DNA of 64,000 nucleotides from a virus: IMG/VR virus record IMGVR_UViG_3300027917_000039. One strand, given 5' to 3'. The translations under genes and the position numbers were made by a program. How positions within the stretch are numbered: the first letter of the stretch is position 1; every line of letters begins with the position of its first letter. Positions 1-8,355 of this stretch are shown one piece after another. Under the pieces are notes generated by a model. That model saw nothing but the letters and a program-made list of their open reading frames with translations. It ran no database searches and was not told the origin of the DNA.

Positions 1-83
1 CCAGGTTGATGTTGTCCGGCGGATCGGCGAACACCATCCTGTACCTATTGGTAGTATACTGTAGAAACTCGGCGAAGTCAACA

Positions 84-329
84 TTAACCAGTTCGATTCG
101 GCTCATCGGGAAGCACCTTCCTCACTACAAACCAGAACTCCGGAACCCACGTACCTTCCTCGAACTCGTCATCAGCCTCGATGAACGGCATACAGACTTG
201 TCCGACCGTGTTGCCAAACCCTTCAGCCTCTCGTGCCAGGGCTTTGAACACTGACATCAGCCCGTTCGCATCAGGCTGCTCTTCAATCCGGGGTATCGCT
301 GGCTGATGCAGCTTGATGTCGTCTTCCAT
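84..329 (-). CDS. hypothetical small acidic protein (start uncertain, alternative start at 257)
   Basis: Minus-strand ORF with stop at 84 and internal Met starts. Its 5' end overlaps the 3' end of the GNAT gene. Confidence 0.3.
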   Translation of the reverse strand: MEDDIKLHQPAIPRIEEQPDANGLMSVFKALAREAEGFGNTVGQVCMPFIEADDEFEEGTWVPEFWFVVRKVLPDEPNRTG

Positions 330-798
330 GTGACGTGATCCTCTCGAAGATGTACCAATCGTAATTGCGTCCGTACCGCCAACAACCTTCCTGAACACCT
401 ACCGCTTTGAAGTTGTTCTTCCACAGCCAGTGCTCTATGTTCCAGGGGTCTTCCTTGTCTTCGATCGTGTAGCTTGGAGCCAGCAGCCTGACGGCACCGA
501 AGCTATCCGCGTTTGCTTCCATGCAGACCTTGGTGATGATTCTTTTTCCAATCCCTGCCATTCGGAACTTTGGCATCACTCCGATACTGTCGACGGTGAC
601 GAAGTCGTTTCTTTGGTCGAAGGTGCATAGGGCGTACCCAACGAAACGTCCAGAAATTTTCGCAAGGTAGCCCTCTCGTTCTTTCTCCATGACATACGGC
701 TTCACCTCATCAGTCAGCATCGGGTACTCTTGGCAGGCTATCTCACCGTTCACGAGATGCCCTAAGTCTTTGAATAACCCTCGCTCAATCTTGATCAT
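283..798 (-). CDS. GNAT family N-acetyltransferase
   Basis: 171 aa with the acetyl-CoA binding motif RMAGIGKRIITKV (R/Q-x-x-G-x-G/A type). It lies in an operon with the sulfotransferase and nuclease. Confidence 0.6.
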   Translation of the reverse strand: MIKIERGLFKDLGHLVNGEIACQEYPMLTDEVKPYVMEKEREGYLAKISGRFVGYALCTFDQRNDFVTVDSIGVMPKFRMAGIGKRIITKVCMEANADSFGAVRLLAPSYTIEDKEDPWNIEHWLWKNNFKAVGVQEGCWRYGRNYDWYIFERITSHGRRHQAASASDTPD

Positions 799-1793
799 CC
801 TTTGTATTGCCTTTCCTGTAACGAAGCCCAGAAGTCCTCATCTTCGTACACCTCTGTCACTTCCATGTCGAGTACCTCACAACGAGCGTCGCTCGCTTCT
901 CGTGTGAGATCGTCGAAGACGTGCCCAGTTTGAAGCTGCGCCCAGCAATGCTGCAACCGTCCGAGCAGCGTGGTCTGCCACTCTTCACACAGACAGCATC
1001 GGTGCTGAGCGACCCGGATCAACGGGAAGCGTTCGACTTCGGGATTGGGCGAAGGCTTACAAGCCAACTGATCCAGCCCAACCACGACAGGCTCACCCAC
1101 CTCAACACCTGACAACCAGGAATAGATTGTCAACTGATCAGCCCATGATTTGTCAACATCGTGGATGAAGTGCTTGCCGACCTTATGCCCGTGGAAGTCG
1201 ATCTCTTCGTACTTCGGGTGAGGCTTCGGGTCGCCGCCGCCACGAGTGGGTTTCGCGCGATCAACTCCCCAGCAGTCGCGACAGGATTTGTAGAACTTCT
1301 TGGGCGATTGAGGATGCCGGGAACAAAAGCCCATGACCTTCCAGTCGTAGAGAACTTGCACGTTCCGGACATACCAAAGGTCAGGCTTGCCAACAACCGG
1401 GACTCCACAGATATTTCCCTCCAACTCGAACTCGAACTTCGGGGCTTCCTCGGATTGCTGCAACTCGGCGAGCAGTTCGTCGTAGCAGCCCCAGGTACGA
1501 TAGCAGTCGAAGGCATACTTGCCAGCGTCCCACGCCCACTGCCTGATTTCGTGGTTCTGCACTTGGTGCTCGAACAAGGTTTGCAAATCGTAGACGCCGT
1601 CACCATCGTTGCCGAACAGATGCTGATGCAAGTTGCATTTAACGAACGCATCGAACGCACTACCAACAGCCATCGCGTCAGATTGCGGCTCCCACTGCGG
1701 GCGTGCTTCGGACAGGTACTTCCGGTAGAACTCTTCCCGGTCCTTCTCCCAGATATGCAGGCTTGTCGTCGACAGTCTCTTGAGCGTTCTCAT
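795..1793 (-). CDS. PD-(D/E)xK nuclease, RecB/Cas4-like exonuclease with Cys cluster
   Basis: GKPDLWYV...VLYDWKV fits the D...(D/E)xK core. C-terminal cysteines (CRDCW, CCLCEE...C) suggest a Cas4-like Fe-S/Zn site. Start overlaps the GNAT stop (ATGA-type overlap). Confidence 0.5.
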   Translation of the reverse strand: MRTLKRLSTTSLHIWEKDREEFYRKYLSEARPQWEPQSDAMAVGSAFDAFVKCNLHQHLFGNDGDGVYDLQTLFEHQVQNHEIRQWAWDAGKYAFDCYRTWGCYDELLAELQQSEEAPKFEFELEGNICGVPVVGKPDLWYVRNVQVLYDWKVMGFCSRHPQSPKKFYKSCRDCWGVDRAKPTRGGGDPKPHPKYEEIDFHGHKVGKHFIHDVDKSWADQLTIYSWLSGVEVGEPVVVGLDQLACKPSPNPEVERFPLIRVAQHRCCLCEEWQTTLLGRLQHCWAQLQTGHVFDDLTREASDARCEVLDMEVTEVYEDEDFWASLQERQYKG

Positions 1794-2608
1794 TCAATTT
1801 CTCCAAGGATGTAAGAGCGAAAGTCGCGAACAGCCGCCACGTTTCGATGATCAGCTTGACGCTTGACCGTTGTCACAGGGAAAGACTTTCTTAGTGGTTT
1901 GCCAAAGAACCCCATCACTTCATTGTACAGGGGATGTTCAGGATTCTTGAAATCTTCATAAGCAGCCATCGTGTCGATGTACTGTTTCAAGTAGGTGCGA
2001 GCGAAATGATCGAACTTGCAAAGATTATTGATGGCGCTTCCGATGATTGCTCGATTCATGTTGTAGTTGTCGGAATTCTCTTCCTCGGTCGACCGGAAGC
2101 AGTCAGTTGTCACCGCTTTCACCATCGACACTGCTTGGGCGATCTTGTCGCGGCGATACAGGTAGATGATCCTCGCGAAGTCCATCGACTCGATACCCAG
2201 GTGAAAGTCCTGGTTCATGGCTATCAGTTGCCCGACGTGCCATTTTAGCATCCACACTCCAGTGTTTCGGGACGACTTGTTGAACACCCACTCGCAGTAT
2301 TTCTTCAGGTTGAAAAGACTGGCGCCCACCACCTGCTGCCATGCGACAAAGTATTCGTAGTTCAGCCATTCCTCTGCGATGCCAAGGGCGCCGGTCTCGT
2401 TCAGGGCTTCACAGAACAAGGTAGAGCCGCAGCGGGGAGTGCAGAGAATCAATCCAGCGGTCTGCACAGGGCGTTCGGAGTCGGGGCTGGCTGCCAGTCT
2501 CTCGAACAACTCAACGTGGGTGGGCTTGCACCGCGTTTTGATCTCGTACTCGTCATCGCTCACCTTGATGACGTAGTCCATTTCCTTGTCGTTGATGTCG
2601 TTGCTCAT
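1790..2608 (-). CDS. Stf0-like sulfotransferase (PAPS-dependent)
   Basis: LILCTPRCGSTLFCEALN matches the Stf0 5'-PSB motif C(T/A)(Q/P)R(S/C)GSTLLCE, and YLYRRDKIAQAVS matches the Stf0 3'-PB region. Start taken at MSNDIND, whose ATG overlaps the upstream gene stop (ATGA). Confidence 0.55.
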   Translation of the reverse strand: MSNDINDKEMDYVIKVSDDEYEIKTRCKPTHVELFERLAASPDSERPVQTAGLILCTPRCGSTLFCEALNETGALGIAEEWLNYEYFVAWQQVVGASLFNLKKYCEWVFNKSSRNTGVWMLKWHVGQLIAMNQDFHLGIESMDFARIIYLYRRDKIAQAVSMVKAVTTDCFRSTEEENSDNYNMNRAIIGSAINNLCKFDHFARTYLKQYIDTMAAYEDFKNPEHPLYNEVMGFFGKPLRKSFPVTTVKRQADHRNVAAVRDFRSYILGEIE

Positions 2609-2880
2609 ATCAATCCTCCAAGGAACGCCAGCGTGCAAGCCATTACCGCAGCACAGACCACACTGTAGGCGATGTGTAAGTACCGTAGCCACTCGGTGAC
2701 GATCCAGGTGCCGACCACCTTCGCACCCACCAGACTCCATACACCCCACTTCCACAGGATGAACTGAGCGACCGGGTTCAACTCATCGTTCACGGTCAGA
2801 AACTGGCAGCACCAGATGTCGACCGCCGTGGCGAGCCAGATGAAACCGATCAAATGGATGCGAACTATTGAATGTCTCAT
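2605..2880 (-). CDS. small integral membrane protein (2-3 TM)
   Basis: 91 aa, hydrophobic. First gene after the conserved promoter. ATG sits 5 nt downstream of the -10 hexamer. Confidence 0.5.
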   Translation of the reverse strand: MRHSIVRIHLIGFIWLATAVDIWCCQFLTVNDELNPVAQFILWKWGVWSLVGAKVVGTWIVTEWLRYLHIAYSVVCAAVMACTLAFLGGLI

Positions 2881-2885
2881 ACTAA

Positions 2886-2914
2886 AGTCTACCACACAAA
2901 CGAGTTCAGGTCAA
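2886..2914 (-). promoter_or_regulatory. phage early promoter copy 1: TTGACC-N17-TGGTAGACT (extended -10)
   Basis: Minus-strand read TTTCGCTTGACC-TGAACTCGTTTGTGTGG-TAGACT-TTAGT-ATG. One of 5 near-identical copies in the window. Confidence 0.55.
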
Positions 2915-2920
2915 GCGAAA

Positions 2921-3220
2921 TCACAGGCAAAAGTCGGAATTTGCCTCACCTTCATCCAGCCCTTCCTGGTAGCCTTCAGCATAGCCGTCGTCGAAGCCAC
3001 GATCGTAATCGCCGGACAGATCGGACTCGGTTTCCTCCACACCAGCGTCAAAGCCTTCGTCCCACGCGCGGGTACGTTCGGCTTCAGCGTGATCGAGGCA
3101 TAGATCGTACAAGCTGTCGACCAAAGTCGACAATCGCTTCGGTGTACACGGGGTGCTGCCGAACGCCGCCTTGCACAGTCGCGATACCTTGTCTTTCAGG
3201 TCGGGTGTTGAATCGGACAT
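2921..3220 (-). CDS. hypothetical acidic protein (D/E/G-rich C-terminus)
   Basis: ORF with protein-like composition. Overlaps the 3' end of the upstream paralog gene by about 137 nt, so one of the two models may be wrong. Confidence 0.35.
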   Translation of the reverse strand: MSDSTPDLKDKVSRLCKAAFGSTPCTPKRLSTLVDSLYDLCLDHAEAERTRAWDEGFDAGVEETESDLSGDYDRGFDDGYAEGYQEGLDEGEANSDFCL

Positions 3221-3458
3221 TTCGTTTTCCCTTATCAAGTTCTCGTTGGATGATCTCAGTAATCTCGTAACCCAGCCACGCATCGCGCGGAAACTTTGTA
3301 AGCCACTTTTGTGCAGCGTCCATCGTAGCGAATGGCTTTTCTAGCGGTTCGTCGCCGTCCCTGGCTGGCGTATCCTTGAAATACTCCACGGTCGCCAGAA
3401 AGGTTCCATCGCCCTCCAGCGTGATGCGCTTGTCTTTGACAACTTTGTCATGCCGCAT
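3084..3458 (-). CDS. hypothetical protein, DGTFL-motif family (paralog 1)
   Basis: N-terminus KRITLEGDGTFLATVEYFKD resembles the neighbouring ORF (SIHLQEDGTFLLVIRKDD). The C-terminal third looks low-quality. Confidence 0.4.
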   Translation of the reverse strand: MRHDKVVKDKRITLEGDGTFLATVEYFKDTPARDGDEPLEKPFATMDAAQKWLTKFPRDAWLGYEITEIIQRELDKGKRNVRFNTRPERQGIATVQGGVRQHPVYTEAIVDFGRQLVRSMPRSR

Positions 3459-3676
3459 CAGACGCCTTTCGTAGTTGGATTGAACACAGACCGTGGGGTC
3501 TCACCAAAGTATCCATCGTCGTTCGGAAGCATTGCCGCCGTCTCTTGCGCTTCGACAAACGTCTTCATTGGGATGTTCAGCACCTCGTCATCCTTTCGGA
3601 TGACCAGCAAGAAGGTTCCATCTTCTTGCAGGTGGATGCTCTTGTCGAAGGCGACAGGCTTACACTCGGCGGTCAT
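3458..3676 (-). CDS. hypothetical protein, DGTFL-motif family (paralog 2)
   Basis: 81-aa ORF. Stop overlaps the start of paralog 1 (ATGA). Start chosen at MTAECKP to limit overlap with the ligase. Confidence 0.45.
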   Translation of the reverse strand: MTAECKPVAFDKSIHLQEDGTFLLVIRKDDEVLNIPMKTFVEAQETAAMLPNDDGYFGETPRSVFNPTTKGV

Positions 3677-4751
3677 ATCGGGCTTCCTTGGGGATGCCAT
3701 CATCGGACAACTCCCGGTAGCGGAACTCGATCGTGTCCCCTACCTTGAAATACTTGCCCTGGAAATCGCTTGGCATATCCACGCCTGGATTCTCGTAGGC
3801 GTAACTCTGCATCGCGTCCGTTGCGAACAGTCTTTCCTCGTTGGTGAAGCCTGCCAACTCCAGCCGCTTCCCCTTGTACTCGGTGACGACCGCGCCGATC
3901 AACCCACGCAGCTTCGAGCCCTTGTCAGTCTCGCGACCGGAGACGAAGCCGGTGACGACGCTTTGATCGTCGGTGAAGGGCTTCATCTTCAGGAGCGTGC
4001 CGACCCGCTTGGGCGTCCAGATCGAGCCCGGCTTGCGGAGCATGATGCCCTCGCCGCCCTCATTCAGAACCACGTCCATGAACGCGCCAAGCTGATCCTC
4101 TGCCTCGCTGGCATCGTCGGACAGCCTGTGGTGCTGATGCAGGTAGCACAAGTCACCACCGATGAGACTGCCTTGCAGGTAGTTGATCTCTTGCTCGAAG
4201 GTCAACCCACCAGGGACGTGGACGAACTCTTCCAGCACTCCAGAGTCCGCGCGGCTCTGCACGAACTTCATGATCTCCATTTGGTTGACGTTCAGATGGA
4301 AGTTGGTGTTCTTGATCTCGCCCGGAGCGAAGACTTGTGTCGGGGTGGGTGCCCCGAAGCACGCGAACTGCACGTCTCGCCAGCGGTCGTCTTCGGGCAC
4401 GTCCTTGGCCACAATGGAGCGGAGAGTCTGGAAATTCCCGCGACCGGCAAAGAGTTCGCCGTCCAGAAACATGGCGGGCAGTTGGTTCAGCCACCAGTCG
4501 GGAGCGATGATCGGGTTGCCGTAGCGGCTCCACAGACCAGAAGCAACGGGCTTGATCTTCGCCTTGCGGTCGCCGGTCTTCGGGTCGATCAGGTTTGCCC
4601 ACGGCACGGTGTCTGTCGGGAGCCCACGGCTGACGCCGCCGTCCCAGAAGCACCTCGTGCCGTCCAGCTTTTCACTCACCCACATGCCCGCCGGGCTGTC
4701 TTTGCCCGGCTTGAACGTCTTCGCCAGTTGAAGGAACTCACGCCTCGCCAT
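3660..4751 (-). CDS. lig: ATP-dependent DNA ligase
   Basis: Motif I KLDGTR (adenylation lysine), DGELF motif III, EGIMLRKPGS motif IV, LLKMK motif V. Start taken at MARREFLQ. Confidence 0.8.
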   Translation of the reverse strand: MARREFLQLAKTFKPGKDSPAGMWVSEKLDGTRCFWDGGVSRGLPTDTVPWANLIDPKTGDRKAKIKPVASGLWSRYGNPIIAPDWWLNQLPAMFLDGELFAGRGNFQTLRSIVAKDVPEDDRWRDVQFACFGAPTPTQVFAPGEIKNTNFHLNVNQMEIMKFVQSRADSGVLEEFVHVPGGLTFEQEINYLQGSLIGGDLCYLHQHHRLSDDASEAEDQLGAFMDVVLNEGGEGIMLRKPGSIWTPKRVGTLLKMKPFTDDQSVVTGFVSGRETDKGSKLRGLIGAVVTEYKGKRLELAGFTNEERLFATDAMQSYAYENPGVDMPSDFQGKYFKVGDTIEFRYRELSDDGIPKEARYDRRV

Positions 4752-5127
4752 CTTCGGTCTCCGGTTGTACAAGTGCATGGATCAGAATTTGGTGGCGATC
4801 AGGGTTCGTCCGCCTCACGACTCGGATCGTCACAGGGATGCGACCCTTTTCGCACAGGAAGACGAGTTCTCTCTTCGAGAAACGGTCGAGCGGGATCGCC
4901 GCCGTCCGTACGTTTCCCAGTTTGTTGATCTTCTCCGCCAACGCCTTCACCATCGGACGCAGGTAGAGGGTCTCAATCTCTTCCCCGGTCATCTGTGCGA
5001 TGTCGTTAGACGGGAACGACACAGTGACCGACTGGAGGTGGTCGATGTTGGTCGGTCGACCTTCTACCACCTCTACAGTTAAGTGTACATCCAAAAGCCG
5101 CGAAAGGGAAGGAACTTCTCGAAACAT
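4738..5127 (-). CDS. hypothetical protein
   Basis: 129-aa minus ORF between the ligase and the membrane coiled-coil gene. Confidence 0.4.
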   Translation of the reverse strand: MFREVPSLSRLLDVHLTVEVVEGRPTNIDHLQSVTVSFPSNDIAQMTGEEIETLYLRPMVKALAEKINKLGNVRTAAIPLDRFSKRELVFLCEKGRIPVTIRVVRRTNPDRHQILIHALVQPETEDGEA

Positions 5128-5139
5128 TTCTGTCCTTTC

Positions 5140-5667
5140 TTAGAGCAGGAACGGCATAATCGTTGTTATGACTCTTGCCCGATCCTTCAGTTCAATCAGT
5201 TGATCGAGAAAGTTGTCGGTGGCGCTCTTCAGTGCCTCTTTCTTTTGTCCGGTCTCGATCAATTCCAACGCACGTTCCAATGTGTCGACACGCCACGTCA
5301 GAGACTCATTCTCGTCAATCAACTCGTTGATCTGTTCAACCTGCTCTTCCAGCCGGTCAACCGCTTCGTCGAGCGAGTTCTTCAGGGAGCGATTCTCTTC
5401 CTCAATTATGCTGTACGCTTGCACCACCTTCCTCTCTCGCTCCACCAGCAGCCCGTTCTCAACCGCGAGCATCTTGGTAGCTTCCATTGAGATGTAGGAA
5501 TAGTCCAGGGCTTGCAGAACCTGACGATTCAACTCTTGGACGTGCTCTATGGCGTTCACCCGGCGGTTCCACCTTTCGGCGTTCATCTCAGTTTGCCCGA
5601 CGATGCTGATCAACCCAACACAGAGACCGATCAAGAGCAAGCAAATGAAACCCAGCAATCCACGCAT
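5140..5667 (-). CDS. membrane-anchored coiled-coil protein
   Basis: N-terminal TM (LLGFICLLLIGLCVGLISIV) followed by heptad-rich, E/L-rich sequence. Sits immediately downstream of the sigma factor gene. Confidence 0.45.
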   Translation of the reverse strand: MRGLLGFICLLLIGLCVGLISIVGQTEMNAERWNRRVNAIEHVQELNRQVLQALDYSYISMEATKMLAVENGLLVERERKVVQAYSIIEEENRSLKNSLDEAVDRLEEQVEQINELIDENESLTWRVDTLERALELIETGQKKEALKSATDNFLDQLIELKDRARVITTIMPFLL

Positions 5668-5670
5668 CGT

Positions 5671-6351
5671 TCACCTCGTCAAATCTAAATACTGTTGATA
5701 GAGTCTTTGCTTTCTGCGATGCACCGTGGCGACTCCAATACCAAGGTCATCTGCGAGTTCCTGATAGCCTCTTCCCCAGTTGGCGGGGTCCATCAGTGCG
5801 ATGTCGATCTCGTCTTCCGGTTGAATCTTCGAGAACGCATCGAGTATGTCGCGAACAGCTTCATCGCCAACGTCTTCCGGCATCGTCTGTTCACTGTATT
5901 CGTTTGTCTCGGTGGTTTTATACACGGGCTCTTTATCGTCTCTTATCCTCTGCAACTGAATCGTGTGAGAGGGAGCCATCACGCTGCGATTCTTGTTGAG
6001 CATTTTCTCGATGCTCCACTGCGCACGCGACGTTGCCAGCTTCAAGATACCCCGCTCGCGAAACTTTTCATCTGGGATAGCAGCACAGAGAGCAGTTATC
6101 GCGAGCAAGCCTTCCGCCACCATGTCGTCAATGTACGGCTCTAGCCCGCCGAAGTTCCCAAGATAACGCCCGACCAACAAACTCACACAGCCGCGAAGAG
6201 AGCAGATCAAGTCGTCAGGCTTCTCACCAGCAATGACACACACAGCCTTTTCGTTCAGGTCTTCCTCGCTGAAGCTGATCGCCCCATCGAGCAACTCGTG
6301 ATCGAAGCGTGCGGTGTTTGTGTGGTAGTGCTTCAGGTGGATGTAGTTCAT
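5671..6351 (-). CDS. sigma-70 family RNA polymerase sigma factor
   Basis: Region 2-like DDMVAEGLLAITALCAA...ATSRAQWSIEK and a region 4 HTH YQELADDLGIGVATVHRRKQRLYQQY. Confidence 0.6.
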   Translation of the reverse strand: MNYIHLKHYHTNTARFDHELLDGAISFSEEDLNEKAVCVIAGEKPDDLICSLRGCVSLLVGRYLGNFGGLEPYIDDMVAEGLLAITALCAAIPDEKFRERGILKLATSRAQWSIEKMLNKNRSVMAPSHTIQLQRIRDDKEPVYKTTETNEYSEQTMPEDVGDEAVRDILDAFSKIQPEDEIDIALMDPANWGRGYQELADDLGIGVATVHRRKQRLYQQYLDLTR

Positions 6352-6827
6352 TTCGTGCTCACTACCAGCCAGAATCGGCGAGGCTCAAAGTTGAATTTGT
6401 CTGCCACGTTCATTGAATAGCAGTAGCCGCGAGGGTCGTACACGACGTTGCCATCCCATGCAACCATGTGCCCGCGCCCGTTGGTCGTGTTGATCCCTTC
6501 GATCAGTCCGCGACCCCAAGCAAGCTGCCCAAGAAACTTTGCTTGTGGTTCCTTCCACACGCTGACAGGTTTGCAGCTTTCGTGCGGAGAGGCTTTCGGA
6601 TCGAGAGGGAACGGGACGAACGCGGTATGGCAATGCCGAAAGGCTAGGTCGCAAATCTCTTCCATGCTTGGCACTCGCGGTACATCTTTCCATTCTCCCT
6701 CGAACGGTAGGTTTTCCTCAAACTTCCAATGCTTGAAAATCGAATACACCGCAGCAGGTTCGAGGTTCAACACCATCGCGAGCGACGCATACACACAGCC
6801 GTTGGTCTCTTGCAGTTTCAGTTTCAT
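6348..6827 (-). CDS. papain-like cysteine peptidase (C39-like)
   Basis: QETNGCVYASLAMVL gives the catalytic Cys context of C39 peptidases. GHMVAWDGNVVYDP provides the His and Asp/Asn. Confidence 0.5.
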   Translation of the reverse strand: MKLKLQETNGCVYASLAMVLNLEPAAVYSIFKHWKFEENLPFEGEWKDVPRVPSMEEICDLAFRHCHTAFVPFPLDPKASPHESCKPVSVWKEPQAKFLGQLAWGRGLIEGINTTNGRGHMVAWDGNVVYDPRGYCYSMNVADKFNFEPRRFWLVVSTK

Positions 6828-7501
6828 TGTCCTGTCTCCATGTGTCCGTAGTAGCCCTCAGCCTTGCACACGTCGCAGGTGTACGAACTGTCTCGCTCGT
6901 GGCAGGTACAGCGGGGCGTCATCTGCCCTATCAGGGTTGAGACCACGTTGTCGTAAGGATGCCGTGGAAGCTGGCAATGACCCGCCCGGTTCCAGGGGCG
7001 AGGGATCAGGAACGCCTGCCCGCCAGCCTCGCGAAACTCATCCACGTTCTTGTCTCGGTCGTCGATTAGGATCGCGCCCGGACCGGCGAACACACTCTTG
7101 TCCGCACCGATGAAGAACTTCCTGATCATGTGTCGGAAGTTGGATTTGATCCAATCGAACTTTCCAGCCACACACTCGCTACTGAGGGTCGGGCTAGTGG
7201 CGAAGTAGACATCGCCGACCGATTCCAAGACTTGCAGAAACTGAGGGGCGAGTGGGTAGCACCGGAGGCTTCGCCAGAACTCGTACCCCAGACCGTCCCA
7301 GAAGGTGGTAGCCGAGATAGCTTCCAGCCCTCTATTCTGTCGAACCAAGTTGGTAGCACCAAGAACATCCCAGCCGAATCCGATCGGATAGAACTGCTCG
7401 CCTTCGATCTCGGCTTCATGGAACGCCATCGCGGGCATCACGAAGTCGGTAATGACACCGTCAAGGTCAACAAATATCTTCGGCTTCGTCTTCAAACTCA
7501 T
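6824..7501 (-). CDS. HAD-superfamily 5'(3')-deoxyribonucleotidase-like phosphatase
   Basis: IFVDLDGVITDF (DxDxV/T motif I), ATSPT (motif II), K motif and ILIDDRD (motif IV). The C-terminus carries a Cys/His cluster CTCHERDSSYTCDVC. Confidence 0.55.
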   Translation of the reverse strand: MSLKTKPKIFVDLDGVITDFVMPAMAFHEAEIEGEQFYPIGFGWDVLGATNLVRQNRGLEAISATTFWDGLGYEFWRSLRCYPLAPQFLQVLESVGDVYFATSPTLSSECVAGKFDWIKSNFRHMIRKFFIGADKSVFAGPGAILIDDRDKNVDEFREAGGQAFLIPRPWNRAGHCQLPRHPYDNVVSTLIGQMTPRCTCHERDSSYTCDVCKAEGYYGHMETGQ

Positions 7502-7889
7502 CGAATAAGTCCTGTAGGTCTTGTTCTAGTTCGAGTTGCTCTTCGTCGTATCTCGGCTTCCAGTAGTCCCGCCAGTTCGGTGGAGCGAACAACTTGTCAT
7601 AATCGTCGTCCGACCAGCCGGTGATGATCCAGATGCCCGTCCCGGCGGCTTCCCACTTTGGCCACTTTATCCGTTGAGCACGGGTGAACTCGTAGTCCAA
7701 CGGGTTCTTCAAATCCACCCACCGCTGTCCATGCTTCGGGTGCATGATGTAAATGTCAGGGATTCCCTTCTGAAGTTGGTTGCCGATCATCCTTTCGACA
7801 GTCCAACCCCTCTGTATCAAGTACACAATGAACTTCCGCTGGATGATGGCTTCCGGTCCATTCTTCGAGCGGAATTTCTTCGGGTCCAT
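7467..7889 (-). CDS. VRR-NUC domain nuclease
   Basis: EAIIQRKFIVYLIQRGW...GIPDIYIMH...WVDLKNP...TRAQR fits the VRR-NUC PD-(D/E)xK pattern. Confidence 0.6.
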   Translation of the reverse strand: MDPKKFRSKNGPEAIIQRKFIVYLIQRGWTVERMIGNQLQKGIPDIYIMHPKHGQRWVDLKNPLDYEFTRAQRIKWPKWEAAGTGIWIITGWSDDDYDKLFAPPNWRDYWKPRYDEEQLELEQDLQDLFDEFEDEAEDIC

Positions 7890-8311
7890 CAGACGCCCTC
7901 GTCCATCTCGACCTGCGACGGGTCACAACACTGGTCGTGCCCTGCTGGCTCGGCTGGCGTGTGGGGCACACCGAAATCGGATTGATAGTAATCGCCGATG
8001 ACTCCGAGAACTGACAGCGGCTTCTGTGCGTATTCCTTCTGGAAGCACGTCATGTCGCCGTTCTTCAGAATCGCAGTGTCTTCGTACGGTCCGAGCAGAC
8101 GACGCTGAATCTCGTCAGCCGCGTCCCTTAAAACCGCCACGCACCCACTGAGGGAATGATAGCTGTCCTTGTTCAGCGTCTCCAGAACGATCCTGGTGAT
8201 CGTGTAGTTCACGTCGCCCTGCGTCGCGTCGATCTGGCTGAGCCGTTTCACCAGCCCGTCGATGATCGTGTCCAGTGCCATTCGGTTCGCTATCTTGATA
8301 TAAGGCATCGA
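7889..8311 (-). CDS. hypothetical protein
   Basis: Start set at MPYIKIA, preceded by GGAGAA 7 nt upstream. No recognisable motif. Confidence 0.45.
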   Translation of the reverse strand, partial: SMPYIKIANRMALDTIIDGLVKRLSQIDATQGDVNYTITRIVLETLNKDSYHSLSGCVAVLRDAADEIQRRLLGPYEDTAILKNGDMTCFQKEYAQKPLSVLGVIGDYYQSDFGVPHTPAEPAGHDQCCDPSQVEMDEGV

Positions 8312-8355
8312 GTTTTCTCCAAGTGTCATTGTCAGGTGTGGAAACGAACGGGTTC

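Noticed and set aside
6-254. 82-aa plus-strand ORF at the window start
   Set aside because: Overlaps a minus-strand ORF. All neighbouring genes are minus-strand and tightly coupled. No RBS or motif support.
3450-4928. 492-aa plus-strand ORF antisense to the DNA ligase gene
   Set aside because: R/L/V/H-rich with many runs typical of antisense translation in GC-rich coding DNA. The opposite strand carries unmistakable ligase motifs.
8115-8355. C-terminal 80 aa of the 189-aa lipoprotein-like ORF as genuine coding sequence
   Set aside because: P/S/G/R-rich, lower GC3 than neighbouring genes, and fully overlaps the well-supported start (SD + ATG) of the downstream gene in another frame.
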